A stretch of 64,000 nucleotides of DNA from Candidatus Kaiserbacteria bacterium RIFCSPHIGHO2_01_FULL_53_29 (lineage in GTDB: Bacteria > Patescibacteriota > Minisyncoccia > Phycocordibacterales > UBA2100): NCBI GenBank assembly GCA_001781125.1, contig MFKT01000009.1, forward strand, positions 10,712 through 74,711, written 5' to 3'. Below are positions 53,270 to 61,698 of the stretch, piece by piece. The first letter of the stretch is position 1. Each line of letters opens with the position of its first letter. The position numbers and the translations under genes were made by a program. The notes under the pieces were generated by a model that was not told the DNA's origin, did no database searches, and saw nothing but the letters and a program-made list of their open reading frames with translations.

Positions 53270-53959
53270 TTATTTCTCTGCTTTTTTCTCGCCTTTTCCG
53301 GCGCTCCCTGAAGGGGAAGCCGGGGGGGCGACTCCTTCGGACGTCGGGGCCTCTCCATCCGCAGGCTTTGCGGTGAGGATCTCGGTTTCCGGTGCAGGCG
53401 TGATCTCGACCGCCTCTTCTTTGAATTCGGTGACGGACGCGACGATCTCTTCGCCGTGCGTGATGAGAGAGGCGCTCGACGGGAGCGCGATCTGTGCGGC
53501 GGTAATGTGATCACCGACATTCACAAGAAGTGTGAGGTCGACAGAAAGATGGTGAGGCAATTCGGCCGGTGTCACTTCGATCCCGACCTCGTGTAGAGCC
53601 TTCACAACGATGTGGCCGGACTTTTCGGCGGGCGCAACTCCCACCCATTCAAGCGGCACTTGAATGGTTATTTTCTTGCCCTTCTCAAGCACATAAAAAT
53701 CTGCATGCAGGAGATTGCCATTGACCGGATGGAACTGCACGTCATGGATGAGAGTGTCTTTATCCTCGCCGGCGCCTTTCAAAGTCACAATGGTCGTTTC
53801 CCCCGCCTCTTTCCAGATGCGTTCGAGCTTGCGCGCATCTACCGCGATAGGGGTGGAAGATTCCTTGGGACCATAAAAAACAGCCGGTACTGCACCAGAG
53901 CGGCGCAGCATCTCTGCGGATACTGACGCCTCTCTCGGTTTAACTTCGAGGGCCAACAT
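53270..53959 (-). CDS. rplY: 50S ribosomal protein L25/Ctc
   Basis: VPAVFYG, DVQFHPV, HADFY. Confidence 0.95.
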   Translation of the reverse strand: MLALEVKPREASVSAEMLRRSGAVPAVFYGPKESSTPIAVDARKLERIWKEAGETTIVTLKGAGEDKDTLIHDVQFHPVNGNLLHADFYVLEKGKKITIQVPLEWVGVAPAEKSGHIVVKALHEVGIEVTPAELPHHLSVDLTLLVNVGDHITAAQIALPSSASLITHGEEIVASVTEFKEEAVEITPAPETEILTAKPADGEAPTSEGVAPPASPSGSAGKGEKKAEK

Positions 53960-54036
53960 GCGCAGCAGTATACGGATTTGCGGCCCAAAAGCAAATATCT
54001 GGGCAAATAATTCTTATGCTACAATTCCCGGATGAA

Positions 54037-54156
54037 TCCCGTTAGAAGTCGCGGAAGTTGTGGTGAGGTGGGGAGTAGTGTTTGCAATATCTTGAGTCGA
54101 ACCATTACAAACGTAGATAACGAGTCGGAGGCGCAAGCTTCCTACTTCTAACGGGA
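54037..54156. mobile_element. MITE, 120 bp, 13-bp TIR, TGAA target duplication
   Basis: TGAA[TCCCGTTAGAAGT...ACTTCTAACGGGA]TGAA. Confidence 0.85.
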
Positions 54157-55163
54157 TGAAATACGACTTCGTTGCGCTTGGCGATATCACGACCGACGCC
54201 TTTATCAGGCTCAAAGATGCCGAAGAGCTGATGGCTCATGGCGTGCGAGAGCTGTGCGTGCGCTTTGGCGACAAGGTCCCGTATGAAGAAGTGACGGAGA
54301 TCCGTGCGGTTGGAAACGCCGCCAACGCTGCCGTATCCGCGCACAGGATCGGACTCTCGAGTGCGTTCATAACGTGGCTGGGCGATGATGAGAATGGCAC
54401 ACACTGCGTCGAACAACTGCGAAAACAAGGCGTCGCCGATGAATTTGTCACGACGGAAAAAGGAAAGAAGACTAACTATCATTATGTCTTGATGTTTGGC
54501 GCAGAGCGCACGATCCTCATTAAACACGAAAGCTACAACTATCACTTGCCCGCCAATCTTGAGCCGCCCCGCTATCTCTACTTTTCATCCATTTCCGAAA
54601 CGGCAAAAGAATTTCACCATGAGGTTGCAGCGTATGTGAAAATACATCCGGAAACAAAATTGGTGTTCCAGCCGGGTACGTTCCAGATAAAACTAGGGGC
54701 TGAGGAGCTCAAGGATATATATGCCGTATCGGAATTTTTCTTTTGCAACAGAGAGGAAGCGCAAACAATACTGTCCTCCGGAGGAGAATCCGCCTCCAGC
54801 GGAAAGACGGATGACGTGAAAACATTAATGCAAGAGCTGCGGGCGCTCGGCCCGAAAATTGTCGTCGTTACCGACGGACCGAACGGCTCCAACATTCTCG
54901 ATGAGAGCGGCGCGTGGCATATACCGATGTATCCGGACCCCGCACCACCAAAAAATCGCACAGGAGCGGGGGATGCGACTGCTTCGACAACGGTGGCCTA
55001 TACGGCGCTCGGATTTCCAGCACACGAAGCGCTTATGCGCGGAGTCATCAATGCCGCATCGGTGGTGCAAGGCATCGGCGCGCAAACCTGCCTTCTTACG
55101 AAAGACAAGATTGAAGAGTGGTACGCCAAGCGACCGGCGGATTTCCAAGCCACGGCTCTGTAG
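54156..55163 (+). CDS. PfkB-family carbohydrate kinase
   Basis: GNAANAA, LGDD, NREEA, VTDGPNG, TGAGD. Confidence 0.92.
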   Translation: MKYDFVALGDITTDAFIRLKDAEELMAHGVRELCVRFGDKVPYEEVTEIRAVGNAANAAVSAHRIGLSSAFITWLGDDENGTHCVEQLRKQGVADEFVTTEKGKKTNYHYVLMFGAERTILIKHESYNYHLPANLEPPRYLYFSSISETAKEFHHEVAAYVKIHPETKLVFQPGTFQIKLGAEELKDIYAVSEFFFCNREEAQTILSSGGESASSGKTDDVKTLMQELRALGPKIVVVTDGPNGSNILDESGAWHIPMYPDPAPPKNRTGAGDATASTTVAYTALGFPAHEALMRGVINAASVVQGIGAQTCLLTKDKIEEWYAKRPADFQATAL

Positions 55164-55259
55164 AGACCTTTTGTGAGATATTGACTTTCCCCAAAAAAGT
55201 GGTATCATTGTTTATGGAGGCGTCATTTACTTTTTCTCAACAGTAAGGCGGAGGAAGAA

Positions 55260-55445
55260 ATGACGACGATGCAAAAAATCGCGCTGCATGCGTCCAATGC
55301 ATGCTGCGCGATCATCAGCGGTTTGTGGCTGGGTGCAGCGACGGAAGTCGTTGATACCCAACGGTTCGTCACCGAAGAGCACGATCGAGGCGCACTTACG
55401 CGTCTTGTCGAAAGTGTTCTTGGTGAACCAACTCGGTGCCATTAA
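55260..55445 (+). CDS. Possible small protein
   Basis: TTGACT..TATCAT promoter, GGAGG RBS, downstream hairpin. Confidence 0.45.
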   Translation: MTTMQKIALHASNACCAIISGLWLGAATEVVDTQRFVTEEHDRGALTRLVESVLGEPTRCH

Positions 55446-55492
55446 CCGTCCCGGACTCGCAGCGCTTCGACGCGCTGCGAGTCCCAAACTTT

Positions 55493-56488
55493 TTATACTT
55501 TACGAGCAATTACCTTCTTCACAGCTTCGACAATACTTGGAGCGTCCATCTTATAATGCTGGATTAATTCTTTTGGCGTGCCGGACTGGCCGAATTGATC
55601 ATGCATACCGACGAATTCGATAGGCACGGGAAATTCTTGTGCGAGCAGTTCGGCAATCGCACTTCCGAATCCCCCGGAGATTTGATGTTCCTCAACGGTA
55701 ACAACGGCTCCGGCTTCGCGCGCGCGCGAAAGAATCGTCTCTTTGTCGAGCGGTTTGATGGTGTGCACGTTCGTGACGGTGACGTTGATCCCCTGCCCTT
55801 CGAGTTCGCGGGCGGCAAGCAATGCGTTGTGCAGTAGCGGGCCCGTGGCAAATATCGCAACTGCCAAGGTCTGACCTTGGCAGCTCCAAACAACATTTGC
55901 TTTTCCCACCTCGAACGGCGTCTCGTTCGTCGTCATGATAGGCGTTTTTTCCCTCCCCCATCGCATATAAGCGGGTTTGCCGAGTTTTGCCACAGCAATG
56001 GTAGCCTTCCGGCCTTCTTCCGCATCGCACGGTGAGACAACTATCATATTGGGAAGTGCGCGCATGAGGGCAATATCTTCGAGCGCCTGATGTGTGGCGC
56101 CATCGGGGCCCACCGAGACGCCTGCATGCATGCCGCAGACGACGACGGGAACGTTGTTGATGGCGATGGTCGTGCGTATCTGTTCCCAATTCCTGCCCGG
56201 AGAAAAGGTGGCATACGAAGTGATGAAAGGAATTTTCCCGTAATTCGCCATGCCCGCCGCAACCGTCGCCATATTCTGCTCGGCTACGCCAACTTGTATA
56301 AAACGCTCAGGAAATGCTTTCTGAAAATGATGCGCTTGCGTACTCTCCGCAAGATCGGCCGTAAGGACGACAACCCGCTCATCCGCTTTGCCAGCCTCAA
56401 CGACACCCTTGCCAAAGCCTTCGCGTGTCGAGGCCATGTCGGGCTTCTCGAAAATATTCGCTGCGAGTTTTGCATCAGGGTTGATCAT
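55493..56488 (-). CDS. Transketolase C-terminal subunit
   Basis: GVAEQN, DGATHQALED, VEEH. Confidence 0.95.
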   Translation of the reverse strand: MINPDAKLAANIFEKPDMASTREGFGKGVVEAGKADERVVVLTADLAESTQAHHFQKAFPERFIQVGVAEQNMATVAAGMANYGKIPFITSYATFSPGRNWEQIRTTIAINNVPVVVCGMHAGVSVGPDGATHQALEDIALMRALPNMIVVSPCDAEEGRKATIAVAKLGKPAYMRWGREKTPIMTTNETPFEVGKANVVWSCQGQTLAVAIFATGPLLHNALLAARELEGQGINVTVTNVHTIKPLDKETILSRAREAGAVVTVEEHQISGGFGSAIAELLAQEFPVPIEFVGMHDQFGQSGTPKELIQHYKMDAPSIVEAVKKVIARKV

Positions 56489-56490
56489 AT

Positions 56491-57360
56491 TTATTTTTTA
56501 CCTGAGGCCTCGAGTTCCTGCAAAAACACTTCTTTCTGTTTATCAGCGGGAATTTTGTCAGTCGGGCCCTTACCGGGCGGGTTACCGTGCCAACGATAAT
56601 CATTTTCTATCGTCGGAACTCCTTTGCCCGGCGTCGTGTGCGCGATGATGATGGTTGGCTTCTCGCGGATGGAGCGCGCTTCATCAGCAGCCGCTATGAA
56701 TTGCGGGATGTTGTGGCCGTCGACCTCGATGACGTGCCAGTTGAACGCTTCGTATTTGTCGCGCAACGGCTCGAGCGGCATGACATCCTCGGTATTGCCG
56801 TCGATCTGGATGTTGTTGCGGTCCATGATAGCGGTGAGATTGGTCAGCCGGTACTTTCCTGCGAACATCGCCGCTTCCCATGTATTTCCCTCTTCTTGCT
56901 CGCCGTCGGACATCGCGCAAAAGACTCGAAATGTTCTGCCATCCATCCGCGCGGCATACGCATAGCCCGATGCCTGTGAAAGACCGCTCCCCAAGGGACC
57001 CGAGGTCGTTTCGATGCCGGGCAATTTTTCGCGTTCGGGATGCCCCTGCAGTCGCGAGCCAAATTTGCGAAGCGTGAGGCACTCTTCTACGGGAAAATAT
57101 CCCGCATGTGCCATCGTCGCGTAGCGCACCGGCGTGATGTGGCCGTTACTCAACATCAAGCGATCACGTTCGGGCCATGCGGGATTTTGGGGGTCGTGTT
57201 TAAGTACGCGAAAATAAAGTGCAGTGAAGATATCTGCCATGCCCAAGGGCCCCGCCGTGTGGCCACTCCCTGCGGCAGCGAGCATCTCGATTATGGTCCG
57301 GCGAATTGCGTTGGCTTTCGTCGAAAGTTCTCGTATCTCTTCGTCGGTCAAAGGCTGCAT
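56491..57360 (-). CDS. Transketolase N-terminal subunit
   Basis: SGH, LQGHP, SDGEQEEG..WEA, DRNNIQIDG. Confidence 0.95.
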   Translation of the reverse strand: MQPLTDEEIRELSTKANAIRRTIIEMLAAAGSGHTAGPLGMADIFTALYFRVLKHDPQNPAWPERDRLMLSNGHITPVRYATMAHAGYFPVEECLTLRKFGSRLQGHPEREKLPGIETTSGPLGSGLSQASGYAYAARMDGRTFRVFCAMSDGEQEEGNTWEAAMFAGKYRLTNLTAIMDRNNIQIDGNTEDVMPLEPLRDKYEAFNWHVIEVDGHNIPQFIAAADEARSIREKPTIIIAHTTPGKGVPTIENDYRWHGNPPGKGPTDKIPADKQKEVFLQELEASGKK

Positions 57361-57364
57361 CGTT

Positions 57365-58045
57365 CTATTCTAGCGCATTTTCTGCAAGCACTTTGAGTTT
57401 GTTGTATGCAGCCGCAGGATCGTCGGCTTTCGTAATGGCGCTCCCGACGCCGAAACGCATCGCTCCTGCGCGTACCAGATCTGCAATGTTGGATGCTGCA
57501 ACACCACCGTCGACAGAAATCGTCATATCGGGAAAACGTGCATGAAATTCAGCAATGCGCGCGGGCGCATTTGCATTGTATGGAATTCCTTGCGTCCCGA
57601 TGGTTGCAATCGACATCATATGCACACAATTACAATACGGGACCAGCGGCTCGATAACCTCAAAAGGAGTAGCGAACAGAAGCCCGAGCCCGACTTCGCT
57701 AGCGCCGGCTCCCTTCCACGCTTCGAGAGCCGCGCGGGCTTCATTGCTGTCGGCAAAACCTTCGATGTGACCAATAATTCGTGACGCGCCTGCGCGCGCA
57801 AAAGCAACTCCCAAATCGCGCGGTTCCTCAACCATCAAATGCGCCTCAATATCGAGTGCGGCAAGCGCCGATAGATCAAATGACTCGAATATTCCCTGCT
57901 TCGAATAGGGCCAGGTGAAAGGTGTCGCAAATACCCCGTCGTCTACGTCAACGTGAACGGCTGAAGCAAACGATCGGATCATATCCCCGCCCCGAGCGAG
58001 ATCGGCGGCATCGCGCGGCACATACGTCGGGATTATCTCGATCAT
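57365..58045 (-). CDS. rpe: Ribulose-phosphate 3-epimerase
   Basis: HVDVDDG, HLMV, VDGGV, GSAI. Confidence 0.9.
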   Translation of the reverse strand: MIEIIPTYVPRDAADLARGGDMIRSFASAVHVDVDDGVFATPFTWPYSKQGIFESFDLSALAALDIEAHLMVEEPRDLGVAFARAGASRIIGHIEGFADSNEARAALEAWKGAGASEVGLGLLFATPFEVIEPLVPYCNCVHMMSIATIGTQGIPYNANAPARIAEFHARFPDMTISVDGGVAASNIADLVRAGAMRFGVGSAITKADDPAAAYNKLKVLAENALE

Positions 58046-58054
58046 GCAACCGCT

Positions 58055-58474
58055 TTATGGTCCGACCCGATAGTTGCCCGTTGGCTCAACGAAACCGCCC
58101 CCTTGTACTGCACCATCACATCCATCGGCTGGCGCGGGAACAGTGCCTTCAAGGGTGGCACCGATGCAATAATAATTGTTATTCGTAGTATTTGATATGT
58201 AGGTATACGAAGACGATCCGGGATCTGTCGGCACAGCGGCCATGCTTGCCGGCACGAGCGGCAAGAGCGTCGCAGGATATGCTTTGTTGTCACTATAGTG
58301 CAGCTCGAGTGCCGTTTGCATCTGCTTGAGATCGCTTAAGCGACGGGCATCACGACCTTTCTTACGCGCACCGTTGAGTGACGCGAGTATGATCGACGAG
58401 AGCATGCCAATGATGGCTATTACAACCAGAAGTTCGATGAGGGTAAAACCTCGTGTACCGGATTTTCTATACAT
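58055..58474 (-). CDS. Type IV pilin/pseudopilin
   Basis: RG|FTLIELLVVIAIIG prepilin cleavage site; PTDP; C-terminal Cys pair. Confidence 0.93.
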   Translation of the reverse strand: MYRKSGTRGFTLIELLVVIAIIGMLSSIILASLNGARKKGRDARRLSDLKQMQTALELHYSDNKAYPATLLPLVPASMAAVPTDPGSSSYTYISNTTNNNYYCIGATLEGTVPAPADGCDGAVQGGGFVEPTGNYRVGP

Positions 58475-58496
58475 AGGATTTGGGTGCTACAAAGCC

Positions 58497-58724
58497 TTAC
58501 TGTGGTAATAGGGGTGGCGCACTGCCGCCACCTCCAGAAAAGACAAAGTAGGCTGCAACGACGAGCGCAAGCACGCTGATACCCACCAATACATACTGCG
58601 CTTCCTGTTCTGTCGATACGAGCCCCCACGAAACAAGTTTGCCGGTCAAGTTGAACCCGCCTGAATTTGAAGGAGGACGGCCGAATTCGTTCTGATTATC
58701 GGTCTCAAACTGCATCTCGCTCAT
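58497..58724 (-). CDS. Small single-TM protein
   Basis: KLVSWGLV..EQEAQYVLVGI; TATACT directly upstream of the ATG. Confidence 0.65.
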   Translation of the reverse strand: MSEMQFETDNQNEFGRPPSNSGGFNLTGKLVSWGLVSTEQEAQYVLVGISVLALVVAAYFVFSGGGGSAPPLLPQ

Positions 58725-58773
58725 AGGGGCAGTATACAACACTCATACCGCTAATAGAAGCAACTGTGGATTG

Positions 58774-58908
58774 CCCGGTAGGACAATTTGGCATTGCCTT
58801 GGTTGCAGTCATTCATTCGAACGGTGCCATAATGCTTAGTATTCCAGACATGTTCACACTTAACGAATTAAACAGCGGCAGAAACTATGCCAAATTGTAC
58901 TAACCGGG
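58774..58908. mobile_element. MITE, 135 bp, ~21-bp TIR, ATTG target duplication
   Basis: ATTG[CCCGGTAGGACAATTTGGCAT...ATGCCAAATTGTACTAACCGGG]ATTG. Confidence 0.8.
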
Positions 58909-58928
58909 ATTGCTCATTCAGACAACTT

Positions 58929-59420
58929 CTAGGCAACTTCGTCGATCTGCTTGATGCGTCGCGCATGCCGCTCCAGCCCACTGAACGGCGCTGAAAGCCA
59001 GGCCGCGACAGCGCTCGCGGATTCTTCGCCTGTGAGGAACCGCGCCCCGAGAGAGAGGCAATTGGCATCGTTGTGCGCGCGGGTCGAGGAGAGTATGTCA
59101 AGTTCCTCCCCGCTCATGTCGGTCTGCTTTTTGCCAGGGCTCCCGTAATAGAGAGCGCAACGAACGCCTTTGAACCGATTGGCGACCATCGCCTCACCTT
59201 GACCCGAGGCGCCTATCACGACGGCACGCGAGTCGAGGCCATTTGCAACGTCTTGTGACAGTAACCGTGCGGCCTTCGCCACAAACGCCGGGTAATCGTC
59301 GTCCTTATCGTATTGGAGAGCTCCGCAATCGTGCGCTTCATGCCCTCGTATCTCTACATCCTTCATCAAAGCTGCCTTGAGCTCATACCCTGCGTGGTCG
59401 GAGGCAAAATATATCTTCAT
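58929..59420 (-). CDS. rpiB: Ribose-5-phosphate isomerase B family
   Basis: ASDHAG, DDYP, GASGQG, ANRFKGVR, HNDAN, RHARRI. Confidence 0.92.
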   Translation of the reverse strand: MKIYFASDHAGYELKAALMKDVEIRGHEAHDCGALQYDKDDDYPAFVAKAARLLSQDVANGLDSRAVVIGASGQGEAMVANRFKGVRCALYYGSPGKKQTDMSGEELDILSSTRAHNDANCLSLGARFLTGEESASAVAAWLSAPFSGLERHARRIKQIDEVA

Positions 59421-59550
59421 CCCGTTAGAAGTCTGTCGTTGTTTGTTCATACGCTTACATTGGTGATTATGTTTCGCTTACTTCTCGGCTTTCGATATGG
59501 CGTGCAGAAAAATTTACTGTAAATTTTTCTGCCGAGGACTTCTAACGGGA
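59420..59550. mobile_element. MITE, 131 bp, same 13-bp TIR as 54037, TTCA (TGAA) target duplication
   Basis: TTCA[TCCCGTTAGAAGT...ACTTCTAACGGGA]TTCA. Confidence 0.85.
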
Positions 59551-59558
59551 TTCATGCT

Positions 59559-60563
59559 TTAAAGTCTCTTGGCGACTTCGGCCACATGTTCGATGAGCGT
59601 GTGCACATACCCCATCTCGTTGTCGTACCATGCGAGCACTTTCACGAGCGTGCCGTCGACGACACGTGTCATGCCGAGATCCGCGATCGCGCCATAGGGT
59701 AATCCCAGAATGTCGGAAGAGACAAGCGGCTCTTCGGTAACCGCAAAGACACGCTTCCACTTGTCGGTCACTGCCGCTTTTTTGAGAGCCTCGTTTACCT
59801 CTTCGACGGTGGTCGCACGCTTAGGTACAAATGTGATGTCAACAAGGGAACCGGAAGGTACGGGCACGCGTACGGAGATACCATCGAATTTTCCTTTGAG
59901 CTGCGGGTATGCGAGAGCAGTCGCTTTTGCTGCGCCGGTAGATGTGGGCACCATGTTTTGTGCGGCAGCACGGCTCTCGCGCATATCTTTTGCTTTGCCT
60001 CCGTCCACGAGGCTCTGGCTTGCGGTATAGGCATGCGTGGTATTAAGGATTGCGCGCTCGATACCGATCGCCTCATCGAGTATGCCGATTATCGGGTTCG
60101 CGGCATTGGTTGTACAAGAAGCGTTCGAGGTGATGTCACAGGTCCCGAATTTTTCTTCGTTGGCACCAATGAGTATCGTCTCGACGCCATCTCCTTTGCC
60201 CGGTGCCGTAATGACGACGCGTTTAGCGCCTGCAGTGATGTGGCCTCTCGCTTTCTCAGCGTCGGTGAAAAGCCCAGTTGATTCGATGACGATATCAATC
60301 TGCATCTCGCGCCATGGCGAGGCTGAAGGATCTTTAGTGGCGACAACAGGGATCTCTTTGCCGTCTATCACGAGCACACTCCCTTTTGCCTCCAAAGAGA
60401 ATTTCGCGCGGCCGTACACAGTGTCGTATTTCAAAAGGTATGCGAGATTCTCGGCGGGAGCCAGATCATTGATCGCGACGATCTCAAAGTCCGCTCTCCC
60501 ATGCGCCGCGCGGAAGAATCCCCTGCCTATCCTTCCGAAACCATTAACTGCTACTCGTACCAT
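59559..60563 (-). CDS. gap: Glyceraldehyde-3-phosphate dehydrogenase
   Basis: NGFGRIGR, ASCTTN, WYDNE. Confidence 0.97.
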   Translation of the reverse strand: MVRVAVNGFGRIGRGFFRAAHGRADFEIVAINDLAPAENLAYLLKYDTVYGRAKFSLEAKGSVLVIDGKEIPVVATKDPSASPWREMQIDIVIESTGLFTDAEKARGHITAGAKRVVITAPGKGDGVETILIGANEEKFGTCDITSNASCTTNAANPIIGILDEAIGIERAILNTTHAYTASQSLVDGGKAKDMRESRAAAQNMVPTSTGAAKATALAYPQLKGKFDGISVRVPVPSGSLVDITFVPKRATTVEEVNEALKKAAVTDKWKRVFAVTEEPLVSSDILGLPYGAIADLGMTRVVDGTLVKVLAWYDNEMGYVHTLIEHVAEVAKRL

Positions 60564-60611
60564 TGCGCGATTCTATCACTCCCTCCGATGAATACCTGCT
60601 GTGTACAACTC

Positions 60612-60820
60612 ATATCTGGATTTCGTAAATCCAGATATACTGCTGTCATGGAACTCTATCACGCGCTCAATAGAGGTGTTGAGAAACGCAACCTATTTCA
60701 AAACGACTCGGATCGGATCAGATTCGTGCACGACATGTATGAATTCAACGATACAAAACCGGCAGGAAGTGTATATCATTCGTTCCGGCGAGGCGATATT
60801 CTGGATTTACGAAATCCAGA
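60612..60820. repeat. REP-like palindrome pair, one upstream of and one inside the RAYT gene
   Basis: ATATCTGGATTT CGT AAATCCAGATAT (60612-38) and TCTGGATTT ACG AAATCCAGA (60800-20). Confidence 0.8.
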
Positions 60821-61316
60821 TATTCGAGTTCGAGAACGAATTGTCGATATCCATGGATGGTGCATCATGGGCAACCACTATCACTTACTTCTCTCGGAGA
60901 TACAGGAAGGGGGCTTACGTCTATTCCTCCGCAAACTTAATGTGGGGTATGCGAATTATTTCAATGAAAAATACAAGAGAGTCGGGACGCTTTTTCAGGG
61001 ACGAACGAAGAGGATTCGAATAGATTCCGATGCTTATTTCCTGCACATACTCCACTATATTCATCTCAATCCTCTCGACTTCTTGAAAAGCGCGGAACAT
61101 TGGCGCACGCTTGAAGTCAAGAACGCAAAACAGGCATTGGGGCACCTTGAGAAATACCGCTGGAGCAGCTATTTGGATTATTGCGGAAAGAAAAATTTCC
61201 CGTCGGTTATTACAAAAGAGTTGTTCGGAGACGTATTTAAGAATTACGAGCGAACTATTCGCTCATACATGGAGGATATTGAGCTTGCGACCGTAAAGCC
61301 GTTGTTGCTAGAGTAA
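60648..61316 (+). mobile_element. REP-associated tyrosine (Y1/HUH) transposase
   Basis: YHALNRG, IMGNHYH, GTLFQGR, YIHLNP, YRWSSY. Confidence 0.9.
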
Positions 61317-61330
61317 CCGACCACCGGATC

Positions 61331-61357
61331 CATGGTCGACCTACGAGGTCGACCATG
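61331..61357. repeat. REP-like palindrome
   Basis: CATGGTCGACCT ACG AGGTCGACCATG. Confidence 0.75.
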
Positions 61358-61389
61358 AAAGTTATCCCGACATCTGCTTTCTCTCCTTT

Positions 61390-61686
61390 CTAATATGATC
61401 TTGCCTTGATGCCGAGGCGCTTTTCGATAATGGCGATGCGCTCCAGTGCATGATCAATCTCCTTGCTGTGACCCGCGTGATCCGCGACGATCTCTTCGAG
61501 ATCTTTCAGTCGTCGTTTTATATCAGCGAGTTCGGTCATGATACCCGCAATGTCGTTCTTCGTTGCCATTTCCTTTCTGATTGCCGCGATATCATCCTTC
61601 GCGGCCATGTGCTTGCGAATATCATCGCTCTCGCTCTTTATGAGACGCCCGAGCTTGTCGAATCCTGATTCTCTCTTCTTGGCCAT
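61390..61686 (-). CDS. Small coiled-coil hypothetical protein
   Basis: MAAKDDI/MATKNDI repeat; heptad pattern. Confidence 0.7.
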   Translation of the reverse strand: MAKKRESGFDKLGRLIKSESDDIRKHMAAKDDIAAIRKEMATKNDIAGIMTELADIKRRLKDLEEIVADHAGHSKEIDHALERIAIIEKRLGIKARSY

Positions 61687-61698
61687 AATAAGACTATA

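Noticed and set aside
59421-59450. N-terminal extension MNKQRQTSNG of RpiB in the ORF track
   Set aside because: It derives from the MITE interior and TIR; the family-typical start is MKIYF at 59420.
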